Assembly (NCBI RefSeq): GCF_004353825.1
Contig: NZ_SMNA01000015.1
Span: 62,001 to 126,000 of the forward strand
Origin: Occultella glacieicola
GTDB taxonomy: Bacteria > Actinomycetota > Actinomycetes > Actinomycetales > Beutenbergiaceae
DNA: 64,000 nt
Reading direction: 5' to 3'
A program made the translations under genes and the position numbers. The notes under the pieces were generated by a model. That model was not told where the DNA came from. It made no database searches and saw only the letters and a list, made by a program, of their open reading frames with translations. Shown piece by piece: positions 1 to 9,971 of the stretch; within the stretch, counting starts at the first letter, position 1, and each line of letters begins with the position of its first letter.

Positions 1-276
1 GAACCCGCCGCCACCGCCGGAGCCCTCGGCGTGCGGGGCGCCCTCGCCGGACGGGCCCATCCCGGCGCCGTCCCCGTAGCCCATGCCCGCGCCGCCGTAC
101 ACCTTCGCGACCGGGATCACCGTGGCGCCGTCGGAGGAGTAGGCCTCGCCGAACACCCGCTTCACGGTGAGTGCGTCGCGGGCGGCCTCGATGGGCAGCC
201 TCGGGTCGCCGTGGGGTGGGCGGGGCGGCTTCGGCGGGTGCTGGTCGTGATCAGGCGTTCCCTCACTCGTATTCAT
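1..276 (-). CDS. GerW/YtfJ-family protein, partial (runs off window start)
   Basis: Not in ORF track. Manual translation from ATG at 276: MNTSEGTPD...LTVKRVFGEAYSSDGATVIPVAKVYGGAGMG...GSGGGGGF, matching the VFGE..(I/V)IPVAKV..G-rich pattern of YtfJ/GerW. Confidence 0.7.
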   Translation of the reverse strand, partial: MNTSEGTPDHDQHPPKPPRPPHGDPRLPIEAARDALTVKRVFGEAYSSDGATVIPVAKVYGGAGMGYGDGAGMGPSGEGAPHAEGSGGGGGF

Positions 277-283
277 CCCACCA

Positions 284-670
284 TCATGACCCCAGCAGGA
301 GCCCGACGGCGAGGCCCAGGGTCGCCGCGAGCACGGTGAGCAGCAACGTCCCGAACGCGCTCACCAGACCCCGGCGCAGATCGCCCGAGGCGACCAGACG
401 GACCGACTCCACCATCGCCGTCGAGAAGGTCGTGTACCCGCCGCAGAAGCCGGTGGCCGCGACCGTGTACACGTCGGCGGAGATCACACCCGTGCTCAGG
501 GCACCGGCGAGCACCCCGATGACCACGGACCCGGTGACGTTGATGATCATCGTCGCGACCGGCAGGAGCCGTGACCACCGCCCCCGGATCGCCCCGTCCA
601 CGGCGAACCGGGCCGCGGCGCCGAGGCCGCCGAGCAGCCCGACGAGGAGGGCCACCAGCACGGGGCTCAT
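284..670 (-). CDS. crcB: Fluoride efflux channel Fluc/CrcB
   Basis: 4 TM segments, GGLGAAARF and GFCGGYTTFST motifs; ATG at 670 overlaps the upstream stop (ATGA). Confidence 0.92.
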   Translation of the reverse strand: MSPVLVALLVGLLGGLGAAARFAVDGAIRGRWSRLLPVATMIINVTGSVVIGVLAGALSTGVISADVYTVAATGFCGGYTTFSTAMVESVRLVASGDLRRGLVSAFGTLLLTVLAATLGLAVGLLLGS

Positions 671-1104
671 CCTGGTCCGCCCGAGCCGGCGGCGCGCCGC
701 CGGTGCCGGGCCCCGGCGAGGGCCACCCCGGCCAGGCACGCCGCGAGACCGAGCACCACGCTCCCGAGCCCGTAGCCGAGGCCGAGCGCGACCTGCCCGT
801 CGGCGAGCAGCTGCTGCACCTCGAGCGCGAGGCTGGAGAACGTGGTGAACCCGCCGAGCATCCCGGTGCCGAGCCCGAGCCGTAGCAGCCGCCGGGTGCG
901 GGTCTCCGCGCCGCGGCGCACGAGGGCTTCGAGGAGCAGGCCGAGCGCGAACGCGCCGAGCAGGTTCTCGACGGCGGTCGCGACCGGCAGGCCGTCGTCG
1001 TGGGGGAGGAGGTGGCCGAGCCCGTAACGGGCCAGGGTGCCGGCGGCGCCGCCGAGCGCGACCACCGCGAGGAACCGTGGGTCGCGGTGTGCCGGGCGGC
1101 TCAC
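667..1104 (-). CDS. crcB: Fluoride efflux channel Fluc/CrcB, second copy
   Basis: C-terminal part of ORF 667..2130; GGAAGTLARY and GMLGGFTTFSS motifs; GTG at 1104 overlaps the USP stop (GTGA). Confidence 0.9.
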   Translation of the reverse strand: MSRPAHRDPRFLAVVALGGAAGTLARYGLGHLLPHDDGLPVATAVENLLGAFALGLLLEALVRRGAETRTRRLLRLGLGTGMLGGFTTFSSLALEVQQLLADGQVALGLGYGLGSVVLGLAACLAGVALAGARHRRRAAGSGGPG

Positions 1105-1610
1105 CGGGCGCCGTCGTGCTTCGCCGGGATCACCAGCACCGGAACGTCCTGGGTGTGCGCGAGGTGACCCGCGACCGACCCACCGATCAGCTCGTTCATC
1201 CAGCCGCCGAAGCCGGGGCGGCGGGTGCCGACCACGATCATCGACGCACCGTGCTCCGCGGCGGCGACCGCCAGGCCCCGGGTGACCTCGCCGATCCGGT
1301 ACTCCAGCGCCCAGGGCACGCCGGTCGGAGCGAGCACGCCGGTGAGACGGGCCACGAGGAGCTCGACCGTGTCGTCGTCGTCCGCGCGGTCCGGGTCCAG
1401 CGGCACGGTCGGCAGCGTCCCGTCGATGCCGACGAGCCCCTCGGAGGCGGCGATCTGCGTGCCGTCGACCCACGTGCACAGCAGTCCGGTGCCCATCGTG
1501 GCGGCGATCTCGGCGGCACGGGTCGGCACCTGCGGTGTCTGATCCGGCTCGACGCCGACCACGAGCGGATGCTCCGGCGCATCCCCCGACCATGGGCGTG
1601 ACGTCCTCAC
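1101..1610 (-). CDS. Universal stress protein (USP)
   Basis: PLVVGVE N-terminal strand; MIVVGTRRPG...IGGSVAGHLAHTQDVPVLVIP USP signature. Confidence 0.88.
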   Translation of the reverse strand: MRTSRPWSGDAPEHPLVVGVEPDQTPQVPTRAAEIAATMGTGLLCTWVDGTQIAASEGLVGIDGTLPTVPLDPDRADDDDTVELLVARLTGVLAPTGVPWALEYRIGEVTRGLAVAAAEHGASMIVVGTRRPGFGGWMNELIGGSVAGHLAHTQDVPVLVIPAKHDGAR

Positions 1611-1761
1611 GTGCTGCTCCCTCCGCCGGGCGCCACTCTACGCGCGACCCATGGTGGCGCCGATCACACTCGGCCCGGTCTGGTTGCGGAAACCCCGTCG
1701 CGGCGGATGATGGTTTCCCACAGGTCCGCCGTGGACCGGATGTGGGAGGGATGTAGGCACG

Positions 1762-1971
1762 ATGGGACGTCACGTACGCGAGGGCGTCGAGGTGGACGCC
1801 GTCCCCGAAGCACCCGAGGCACCCGAGGCACAGTCGGCCGATGAAGCCACCGAGGCGAGCGACGCCGCTGAGGACGTCGCCGACCCCGCGCAGACCGGCC
1901 CGGCTGCGGGCGGCGCCGATGACACCGCTGCGGACGTGCAGGTCTCGAGCCCCGACGACCCGGAGGTCTGA
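1762..1971 (+). CDS. Small acidic, probably disordered hypothetical protein
   Basis: 69 aa, GGGAGG RBS-like sequence upstream, high-GC3 codons, PEAPEAPEA repeat. Confidence 0.5.
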   Translation: MGRHVREGVEVDAVPEAPEAPEAQSADEATEASDAAEDVADPAQTGPAAGGADDTAADVQVSSPDDPEV

Positions 1972-2056
1972 GCGCCCCGCCCCGGATTGCGCGGCCCGGG
2001 GTGCGCGCCGGGCATGATGGTCCCCGCCACCGACCGCATGCCACCGAGGAGCGCCC

Positions 2057-2878
2057 GTGCCGCAGGCCGACCGCAACGACCGCCCGATCGAGACCTTCGA
2101 CGCGTACGTCTTCGACATGGACGGGACCATCTACCTCGGCGACGAGCTCCTGCCGGGTGCGAAGGAACTCGTCGAGCGCCTGCGTGAGCTCGGACGACCG
2201 GTGCGGTTCCTGTCCAACAACCCGACGAAGGACCCGGCCGCCTACGCGGAGAAGTTGGCGCGCCTCGGCCTGCCCACCCCGGTCGAGGAGATCGCGAACA
2301 CGGTCGTCACGACCACCCGGTGGCTGCGCGCGAACGCACCGGGCGCCGTCGTCTTCCCGATCGCCGAACGGCCGGTCGTGGACGCGCTGCACGCCGCCGG
2401 GATCCCCACCTCCGACGACCCGGCCCGGATCGACATCGTGCTGGCCAGCTACGACCGCACGTTCGACTACGCCAAGCTGCAGATCGCGTTCGACGCCCTC
2501 TGGTTCCACAAGAGGGCCCGGCTGATGGCCACGAACCCGGACCGGTACTGCCCTTTCCCCGGCGGGCGCGGCGAGCCCGACGCGGCCGGCATCGTGGCCG
2601 CGATCGAGGCGACCACGGGCGCGACCTGCGAACGTCACTTCGGCAAGCCGGACCCGGCAATGGTCGAGGTCGCCCTCGCCGGCCTGGACGTGCCGCCCGA
2701 GCGGGCGCTGATGGTCGGCGACCGGCTCGCCACGGACATCAAGATGGCGGTCGACGGCGGTATGGCCTCGGCCCTGGTGCTCACCGGGGACTCCACGGAG
2801 GCCGAGGCGGCGGCGTTGCCGCCGCGGGAGCGTCCGACGTATGTCCTCGACCGCATCGATGCGCTCGTGCCCGGGTAG
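2057..2878 (+). CDS. HAD-IIA family hydrolase (NagD-like phosphatase)
   Basis: Motifs [37 protein letters not shown]. Confidence 0.92.
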   Translation: MPQADRNDRPIETFDAYVFDMDGTIYLGDELLPGAKELVERLRELGRPVRFLSNNPTKDPAAYAEKLARLGLPTPVEEIANTVVTTTRWLRANAPGAVVFPIAERPVVDALHAAGIPTSDDPARIDIVLASYDRTFDYAKLQIAFDALWFHKRARLMATNPDRYCPFPGGRGEPDAAGIVAAIEATTGATCERHFGKPDPAMVEVALAGLDVPPERALMVGDRLATDIKMAVDGGMASALVLTGDSTEAEAAALPPRERPTYVLDRIDALVPG

Positions 2879-2918
2879 ATTTGGCCCAGATCCCCCTGCG
2901 CCTTCCGTGAGGACCATC

Positions 2919-5261
2919 GTGACCAACGCGCCCGCCGCCGGCAGCACCCACAGCCCAGTCGGTACCGACACCGTCGAGAACGCCGCCGCGACCCCCGACG
3001 TCGACCTCCCGTACGCCGAGCTCGGCCTGAAGGACGACGAGTACGCGCGCATCCGCGACATCCTCGGCCGGCGCCCCACGGCCGCGGAGCTGGCCATGTA
3101 TTCGGTGATGTGGTCTGAGCACTGCTCCTACAAGTCCTCCAAGCGGCACCTGTCCCAGTTCGGGGACAAGACCACCGACGAGATGCGCAAGCACCTGCTC
3201 GTCGGCATCGGCCAGAACGCCGGCGTGGTGGACATCGGCGACGGCTGGGCGGTCACGTTCAAGGTCGAGTCCCACAACCACCCGAGCTACGTGGAGCCAT
3301 ATCAGGGCGCCGCCACCGGCGTCGGCGGCATCGTCCGGGACATCATCTCGATGGGCGCCCGCCCGGTCGCCGTGATGGACCAGCTCCGGTTCGGGGCGAT
3401 CGGCCACCCGGACACCCAGCGGGTGGTGCACGGGGTGGTCTCCGGGGTCGGTGGCTACGGGAACAGCCTCGGCCTGCCGAACATCGGCGGCGAGGTCGAG
3501 TTCGACGCCTCCTACCAGCGCAACCCTCTCGTCAACGCGCTCTGCCTCGGCGTGCTGCGGCACGAGGACATCCACCTCGCCAACGCCGAGGGTGTCGGCA
3601 ACAAGGTGGTCCTGTTCGGCGCCCGCACCGGCGGCGATGGTATCGGCGGGGCCTCGATCCTCGCCTCGGAGACCTTCGACGCGGACAAGCCCTCGAAGCG
3701 GCCGAGCGTGCAGGTGGGCGACCCGTTCATGGAGAAGGTGCTCATCGAGTGCTGCCTCGAGCTCTACGCGGCGCGCGTGGTCGAGGGCATCCAGGACCTG
3801 GGCGCCGCGGGGATCTCCTGCGCCACGTCCGAGCTCGCCTCCAACGGCGACGGCGGCATGCACGTGGACCTCGAGAACGTGCTGCTGCGCGACCCCTCCC
3901 TGACCGCGGGCGAGATCCTGATGAGCGAGTCGCAGGAACGCATGATGGCCGTGGTCTCCCCGGAGAAGCTGGACGAGTTCCTCGCGATCACCGCGAAGTG
4001 GGACGTGGAGACGTCGGTCATCGGCGAGGTCACCGGCACCGGGCGGCTGACCATCGACCACGACGGGCACCGGATCGTGGACGTCGACCCCCGCACGGTC
4101 GCCCACGACGGCCCCGTCTACGACCGGCCCTACGAGCGGCCGGTCTGGCAGGACGCGCTGAACGCCGACGACGCCGCGACGCTGCCCCGGCCCACCACGC
4201 CCGAGGACCTGCGCTCGCAGGTGCTCGCGCTGATCGGCTCGCCGAACCTCGCCTCCAAGGCGTGGGTCACCGACCAGTACGACCGGTACGTGCAGGGCAA
4301 CACCGCCCTGGCCCAGCCCGACGACGCCGGCGTGGTCCGGGTGGACGAGGCGAGCGGGCTCGGCGTCGCCCTGAGCACCGACGCGAACGGCCGCTTCACC
4401 AAGCTCGACCCGTACACCGGCGCCCAGCAGGCCCTCGCCGAGGCCTACCGGAACGTCGCCACCGTGGGGGCCACGCCGCTCGCGGTCACCGACTGCCTGA
4501 ACTTCGGCTCGCCCGAGGACCCCGACGCGATGTGGCAGCTCGTCGAGGCCATCACCGGGCTGGCCGACGCCTGCGTGGAGCTCGGGGTGCCGGTCACCGG
4601 CGGCAATGTCTCCCTGTACAACTCCACCCTCGCCGGCGAGGTCGGTCAGGGGCACATCGACGCCTCGATCAACCCGACCCCGGTGGTCGGTGTGCTCGGC
4701 GTCCTCGAAGACGTCGCCCGGGTCACGCCGTCCGGCTGGTCAGCGCATGGCCAGTTCGTCTACCTGCTCGGGACCACCCGCACCGAACTCTCCGGTTCGG
4801 TCTGGGCCGGGGTGGTCCACGACCACCTGGGCGGCCACCCGCCGGTGGTGGACCTGGACGCCGAGCGCGCCCTCGCCCAGGTGCTCATCGACGCCGCCCG
4901 GCAGTCCCTGGCCGCCGCCGCGCACGACCTGTCCGCGGGCGGCCTCGCCCAGGCGCTCACGGACGCAGTGCTGCGCTACGGCGTCGGCGCCCGGGTGTCG
5001 CTGGCCGAGCTCATGCCCCGGGACGAGATCGACGCCGCGACCGCGCTCTTCTCGGAGTCCGGGGCCCGGGCCCTGGTGGCCGTCGAGCCGGCGAACGTGG
5101 CCGCGTTCGAGGCGCTCGCCGCGACGCACAACGTGCCGCTGCTGCACCTGGGGCAGACCCTCGACGGAGGAGCGGGCCTGGTGCTCGACGGCGCCTTCGA
5201 GATCGGGCTGGACGAGCTCCGCGAGACCCATGAGGGCACGCTGCCGCGCGTCTTCGGCTGA
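2919..5261 (+). CDS. purL: Phosphoribosylformylglycinamidine synthase subunit PurL
   Basis: [43 protein letters not shown] motifs; GTG start after GAGGA. Confidence 0.97.
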   Translation: MTNAPAAGSTHSPVGTDTVENAAATPDVDLPYAELGLKDDEYARIRDILGRRPTAAELAMYSVMWSEHCSYKSSKRHLSQFGDKTTDEMRKHLLVGIGQNAGVVDIGDGWAVTFKVESHNHPSYVEPYQGAATGVGGIVRDIISMGARPVAVMDQLRFGAIGHPDTQRVVHGVVSGVGGYGNSLGLPNIGGEVEFDASYQRNPLVNALCLGVLRHEDIHLANAEGVGNKVVLFGARTGGDGIGGASILASETFDADKPSKRPSVQVGDPFMEKVLIECCLELYAARVVEGIQDLGAAGISCATSELASNGDGGMHVDLENVLLRDPSLTAGEILMSESQERMMAVVSPEKLDEFLAITAKWDVETSVIGEVTGTGRLTIDHDGHRIVDVDPRTVAHDGPVYDRPYERPVWQDALNADDAATLPRPTTPEDLRSQVLALIGSPNLASKAWVTDQYDRYVQGNTALAQPDDAGVVRVDEASGLGVALSTDANGRFTKLDPYTGAQQALAEAYRNVATVGATPLAVTDCLNFGSPEDPDAMWQLVEAITGLADACVELGVPVTGGNVSLYNSTLAGEVGQGHIDASINPTPVVGVLGVLEDVARVTPSGWSAHGQFVYLLGTTRTELSGSVWAGVVHDHLGGHPPVVDLDAERALAQVLIDAARQSLAAAAHDLSAGGLAQALTDAVLRYGVGARVSLAELMPRDEIDAATALFSESGARALVAVEPANVAAFEALAATHNVPLLHLGQTLDGGAGLVLDGAFEIGLDELRETHEGTLPRVFG

Positions 5262-5307
5262 GACCAGACCGCGAACCGGCGCTGCGACCGGGGTGAGGCG
5301 CCCGTCA

Positions 5308-5333
5308 GTGGGCCGGTATTGACACCGGCCCAC
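5308..5333 (+). terminator. Hairpin after purL, with TTGACA at its apex
   Basis: Perfect 10-bp stem GTGGGCCGGT/ACCGGCCCAC, loop ATTGAC. Confidence 0.5.
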
Positions 5334-5391
5334 CGGGTACGGCTTGATTGTGCCTGATAGGAATTTTCAGCACATCAACGGAGATCTGAAC

Positions 5392-7824
5392 ATGACTTTC
5401 ACGCCGTCACGTCGCCACTTCCTGCTCGGCGCCTCGGCCGCCGCGGCACTCTTCGCCAGTGGGAGCCCGGCGCTACCGGCCGCCGCGGCCGATCCCTACC
5501 AGGAACTGCTCGCCCGGCGTCGCGAGTTCCTCACCGGTGGGTCGCTGGCCGCCTCGCACGTCGGGCTCGCCGCCAAGCGGGCCGCGATCGACGAAACCGT
5601 GTCGGGCCTGCTGGCCACCTTCGAGCGGACGCCGGGACGTACCTACCTCTGGCCGGAACTGCCGGTGAACGGTGCGGGCAACACGGCCGAGGTGGGCAAT
5701 CTGGGGGTGACCGCGAATCAGGTCACCGTCCTGGCCACCGCCTGGGCCTCGGCGGGCAGTCGCTACCACGACGACCCCGACCTGCTCGCGGATCTTCAGG
5801 GAGCGCTCGCGTTCCTGTCCGGGCAGTACCGAGCGGACCGCTCCCGGCCCGGAAACTGGTGGTTCTGGGAGATCGGGCTGCCCCGACAACTGGCGGACAC
5901 CCTGACCCTGCTCGGTGCGAACGTCCCCGCCCAGACCCTGGCGGCGCTGATGGCGGCGGTGCGCTTCCATGCCCCGGATCCGAACGTGCGACGCGGCTCC
6001 ACCCTGAAGGAGACGGGCGCGAACCGGGTGGACAAGGCGCTGTCCTGCATCGTGCGCGGGCTGCTCACCGGCTCCGACGCCGACGTCACGCTCGGCCGCG
6101 ATGCGCTCTCCGACGTGGCCGGCGGCGGGCGCAACAGCCTGTTCAACGTCGTCACCTCGGGCGACGGCTTCTATGCCGACGGTTCGTTCGTGCAACACGG
6201 CTACCTGCCCTACTCGGGCACCTACGGTGGCGTCGCCATCACCGGGGTCGCGGAGGTGCTGGCCATGCTCGCGGGAAGTCGGTGGGCCGTGACGGACGCG
6301 AACCTGGCCAACCTGCTGGACGCGGTGGACACGACGTTCGCTCCGTTCCAGTGGGACGTGCGGACCATGGATGCCACCCGTGGCCGGGCGGTGTCCCGGC
6401 AGGCGGAACGGGACTACGACTCCGGCTTCGCGATCGCCTCGGCGGTCCTGGTACTCGCGGAGTCGGCTCCCGCCGAGCAGCGCTCACGGCACCGGGCCCT
6501 GGTGAAGGGTTGGCTCGAGCGCACCACCGACCAGTCGGTGGCCACGAACGACCAGACGCTCGCAGCCTCGGCGCGGAGCCTGGCCGTGCTGGAGGATGCG
6601 GGGGTGCCGGCAGGTCCGGCGCGTACCGGTACCACGAACACCTACAACCAGGAACGGGTCGTTCACCACCGCGGTGACTGGGCCGCCGTCGTGAACACGT
6701 CCTCGCGGCGGATCGGCCGCTACGAGTGGGGCAACCGGGAGAACAACCTGGGCTGGTACCAGGGCGACGGGGTGCTGTTCGTGTACCACCGGGAGGATCC
6801 GGCGCAGTTCTCGGCGGACTTCTGGCCGACCGTGGACCCCTATGCGTTGCCCGGCATCACGGTCAACGGCGAGTCCCGCGCGAGCGGGGAGGCGGACGGC
6901 ACCGGGATCCCGCGGGCCGGCAACACCTACGCCGGCGGGCTGACCGTCGGCGGCGAGATCGGCACCACGGCGATGGACCTGACCAACGCCACCGGCACCC
7001 TCACCGCGAACAAGTCCTGGTACTTCCTGTCCGGCTCCGTCGTGTGTGTGGGGTCCAACATCGCGGACACCTCGGGAACGGGGGTGCGCACGATCGCCGA
7101 GAACCGCGCGTTCGCCGTCGGCGCCCGTCCCGTGGTGCGCATCGACGGTAGGCCGGCCATGCTGACCGAGGACCTCGCCCCGGCGCGGAACGTGCACGTG
7201 GCGGGCCATGCCGGGTTCGTCGCGCTGACCGCTCCCGGCCGGGCCGAGCAGCGGTTCGGGGTCCGGGCGGAACGCCGCACGGGCACCTGGCAGGCGATCA
7301 ACTCCGGTGGCGACACGGCGGGCTCGGCCGACGAGGTCTCCCGCGACTACGTGCGGATCGAGCACCACCACGAGAGCGAGGCCGGGTGGTACGCCTACGA
7401 GGTGCTCCCGCTGGCCACCCTCGGGGAGACGATGAGGCGGCCCCGGGTCAGCGTGCTGCTCGCCGAGGACCTGGCGCACCTCATCGAGACCCTCGACGGC
7501 GCCCGGATGGGACACTTCTTCGCCGCCGGCGCCTGGGCCGGCTACACGGTCAGCGGCCCGTGCGCGGTGGGACATCGCCAGGTCCCGGCGGCTCCGGGGT
7601 CGGGCGGGCCAGCGCAGGTGCGGACCGAGGTCGTCATCTCCCAGCCGACGAAGTCCGGAGGCCAGGTGACGGTGGAGTTCCCGTTCGACGCGCCGGGCGC
7701 CGTGGTCGACGCCGACGCCACGGTCACCGTGCTGGGCAAGACGCCGCTGAGTGTGCGGGTGGATGCCTCGACGCCGCGCGGCGCCGAGCATCGGATCACG
7801 TTCGGCGGCCGCCGGCGTCGATGA
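5392..7824 (+). CDS. Polysaccharide lyase family 8 (hyaluronate/chondroitin lyase-like), Tat-exported
   Basis: Tat signal SRRHFLL; NWWFWEIGLP, TGANRVD, DGFYADGSFVQH..PYSGTYG and RGRAVSR PL8 motifs. Confidence 0.93.
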   Translation: MTFTPSRRHFLLGASAAAALFASGSPALPAAAADPYQELLARRREFLTGGSLAASHVGLAAKRAAIDETVSGLLATFERTPGRTYLWPELPVNGAGNTAEVGNLGVTANQVTVLATAWASAGSRYHDDPDLLADLQGALAFLSGQYRADRSRPGNWWFWEIGLPRQLADTLTLLGANVPAQTLAALMAAVRFHAPDPNVRRGSTLKETGANRVDKALSCIVRGLLTGSDADVTLGRDALSDVAGGGRNSLFNVVTSGDGFYADGSFVQHGYLPYSGTYGGVAITGVAEVLAMLAGSRWAVTDANLANLLDAVDTTFAPFQWDVRTMDATRGRAVSRQAERDYDSGFAIASAVLVLAESAPAEQRSRHRALVKGWLERTTDQSVATNDQTLAASARSLAVLEDAGVPAGPARTGTTNTYNQERVVHHRGDWAAVVNTSSRRIGRYEWGNRENNLGWYQGDGVLFVYHREDPAQFSADFWPTVDPYALPGITVNGESRASGEADGTGIPRAGNTYAGGLTVGGEIGTTAMDLTNATGTLTANKSWYFLSGSVVCVGSNIADTSGTGVRTIAENRAFAVGARPVVRIDGRPAMLTEDLAPARNVHVAGHAGFVALTAPGRAEQRFGVRAERRTGTWQAINSGGDTAGSADEVSRDYVRIEHHHESEAGWYAYEVLPLATLGETMRRPRVSVLLAEDLAHLIETLDGARMGHFFAAGAWAGYTVSGPCAVGHRQVPAAPGSGGPAQVRTEVVISQPTKSGGQVTVEFPFDAPGAVVDADATVTVLGKTPLSVRVDASTPRGAEHRITFGGRRRR

Positions 7825-7829
7825 CGGGC

Positions 7830-8333
7830 TCAGCGGGTGCTGGCGATCTCGCGGACGAACCGCTCCGAGCGCTCGCGCAGCCCGGCGATCCGGCGCTGCA
7901 CGATCTGCTCACGCGCGGCCTGGTCGCTGGCCTCGACGGGCGTCGGGGTCCGGCGCACGTTGGCCGAGCAGGCGAACGCGCGGCAGATCAGGGTGCCGAC
8001 CGTGTTGCCGCGCCGGCCGGCCTCACCTCCGCGCCGGGCTACGTAGAGCACCACATCGCCGGTTTCGACGACGTCCTCGCACCAGGCGCACATGGCCTGA
8101 CGGCGGGAGCGCCCGGTACGCGCATCGCCGGACTGGAGGCGGATGCCGGTGGGCTCGCCGTCGATCTCGAGCACGGCGTACGCGGACAGCGGGGCCTTCG
8201 GGTCCTGCCAGCCGAGGTAGTCGAGTCGGTCCCAGGCGATCGTGGCGAGCTCGGGCAGGACCGCCCGGTTGGCCTCACCTCGGGAGGCGTTGATGAAGGA
8301 GTTGCGGATCTGCTTCTCGGTCAAGGGGTTCAT
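7830..8333 (-). CDS. FBP-domain protein (FusB/Far-like C-terminal treble-clef zinc finger, EF-G-binding family)
   Basis: IRNSFINASRGEA, WDRLDYLGWQDPKAP, CAWC...GNTVGTLICRAFACS 4-Cys motif. Confidence 0.85.
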   Translation of the reverse strand: MNPLTEKQIRNSFINASRGEANRAVLPELATIAWDRLDYLGWQDPKAPLSAYAVLEIDGEPTGIRLQSGDARTGRSRRQAMCAWCEDVVETGDVVLYVARRGGEAGRRGNTVGTLICRAFACSANVRRTPTPVEASDQAAREQIVQRRIAGLRERSERFVREIASTR

Positions 8334-8424
8334 GGGTCGGGTCTTCCTGGAGGGTCCGGGTCAGGGCAGCATGAAGCCCACCCCATCGCAAGCACTGTCC
8401 GGGTCCGGTCGGTCACCGGCTCGG

Positions 8425-8514
8425 TCAGCTGCGGGTGAGGCGGGCGCCGGCCGGGCCTGAGCAGGCCTGTTCGAACACGTCGGCCACCCCGCAACCTGCG
8501 GTGAGATCCCGCAC
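8425..8514 (-). CDS. Putative leader peptide (uORF, 29 aa) upstream of the FBP gene
   Basis: AGAGGAG RBS 7 nt before GTG at 8514; reads (M)RDLTAGCGVADVFEQACSGPAGARLTRS-stop; below ORF-track cutoff. Confidence 0.45.
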   Translation of the reverse strand: MRDLTAGCGVADVFEQACSGPAGARLTRS

Positions 8515-8659
8515 CTACTCGCTCCTCTTCCGGGCAACACGGCCCGCAGTGGCGGACCCTCGTCCAGGCTACGACCGTTGTCCACCGGATTGTGCAAGCT
8601 CGACGCGATCGCTCACCGCCCCGGTCGCGGATGTGCAGCCGGCATCGGAGACTGGGCCG

Positions 8660-9499
8660 ATGGGAACACCGGAGACCTCCGACCGCGGGCGGGACTCCTC
8701 GCTGCGCCTGCCCGCCCGTCGGTCCGACCGTCCGTGGGCGCGGCGGATCGCGGTCAGCGCCGCGTTCGTGGTCTGTGTGATCGGTTCGATGATCGGGGTC
8801 GGCGTTTTCGGGGGTACGCCGATCTCGGAGGCGGCCGGCGGCCTCCTCGCCGCGGACGGCACTTATATAGCGCCGGGCAGCGGGGCATTCTCGATCTGGA
8901 CCGTGATCTATGTGGGCCTCGGTCTCTACACGCTCTGGCAGTGGTGGGACGCCGACTCGCGCGGCCTGGCGTGGCTCGCCGCGGCCTCGATGGTGCTGAA
9001 CGCGGCGTGGATCCTGGTGGTGCAGGCGGGCTGGGTGCTCGCGAGCGTTCTCGTGATCGCCGCGTTGCTGGGCGTGCTGTCCGCGCTCTTCGTGCGGTGT
9101 CACAGGAACCGTCCGGCCGGTCGGGTCGAGGCGGTCCTGACCGACGGCGTCTTCGGTCTGTACCTGGGTTGGGTCTGCGTCGCGATCTGCGCGAACGTCG
9201 CCGCCGCGCTCGTGGGCGCCGGCTTCGACGGGTTCGGGGCGCCGCAGTGGTGGGCGGTCGGTGTGCTCGCCGTCGCCGCGCTCGTCGGCGTGGCGCTGGC
9301 CCGCTTCGCGGCCGGTCGCCTTGCGGTCGCCGCCGCGCTGATCTGGGGACTGGCCTGGATCGCCGTTGCCCGGGCGGCGACCGAGCCCTCCTCGACGGCC
9401 GTGGCGATCGCCGCGGGAGTCGCGGCCGCCGTGGTCGCCGTGGCCACCGTCGTGACCAGGCTGCGCGGCATGCCCTCTGTCGGGACGCCCGTACGCTGA
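8660..9499 (+). CDS. TspO/MBR-like tryptophan-rich membrane protein
   Basis: IAPGSGAFSIWTVIY, LNAAWI, FGLYLGWVCVA; multiple TM segments. Confidence 0.8.
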   Translation: MGTPETSDRGRDSSLRLPARRSDRPWARRIAVSAAFVVCVIGSMIGVGVFGGTPISEAAGGLLAADGTYIAPGSGAFSIWTVIYVGLGLYTLWQWWDADSRGLAWLAAASMVLNAAWILVVQAGWVLASVLVIAALLGVLSALFVRCHRNRPAGRVEAVLTDGVFGLYLGWVCVAICANVAAALVGAGFDGFGAPQWWAVGVLAVAALVGVALARFAAGRLAVAAALIWGLAWIAVARAATEPSSTAVAIAAGVAAAVVAVATVVTRLRGMPSVGTPVR

Positions 9500-9503
9500 G
9501 CCG

Positions 9504-9953
9504 GTGCGACTGTGGTCCGTTCATCCCCGATACCTCGATCGCCAGGGGCTCACGGCGTGCTGGCGCGAGGCGCTGCTCGCACAGGCCGTTCTGGCCGGGC
9601 GCACCCGTGGGTACACCCGCCACCCGCAGTTGGAGCGGTTCCGCGGTCACGGCCGGCCGATGCAGGCAGTCGGCACCTACCTGGAGGGCCTGGCGGAGCA
9701 GGCGCACGCGCGGGGATACCGCTTCGACGTCGCTCGGATCGTCGAGACCGAGACCGCGGCCGAGCCGATGATCGTGACCGACGGCCAACTGCGCCTGGAA
9801 TGGGCCCACCTGATGACCAAGCTCGGCACGCGAACCCCCGACCTGGCGGAGCGTTGGGCGCCGGTCCGGGTGCCACAGCCACACCCATCGTTCGTGGTGG
9901 TTCCCGGCCCGGTCGCGCCGTGGGAGCGCGCGGTCCCTGACCTCAGATCCTGA
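9504..9953 (+). CDS. Pyrimidine-dimer DNA glycosylase / endonuclease V-like protein
   Basis: MRLWSVHPRYLDRQGLTACWREALLAQAVL..TRGYTRHPQLERF family signature. Confidence 0.85.
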   Translation: MRLWSVHPRYLDRQGLTACWREALLAQAVLAGRTRGYTRHPQLERFRGHGRPMQAVGTYLEGLAEQAHARGYRFDVARIVETETAAEPMIVTDGQLRLEWAHLMTKLGTRTPDLAERWAPVRVPQPHPSFVVVPGPVAPWERAVPDLRS

Positions 9954-9971
9954 CGGCCTCCGTGGCCGTGC

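Noticed and set aside
1680..1725. GGAAACC...GATGATGGTTTCC dyad resembling part of a fluoride riboswitch near crcB
   Set aside because: Resemblance is on the strand opposite the USP-crcB operon, and the GGCGATGG-type 5' core is absent
8465..8485. GTTCGAAC as a possible LexA/SOS box near the DNA glycosylase gene
   Set aside because: Only a half-site; no TCGAAC-N4-GTTCGA arrangement
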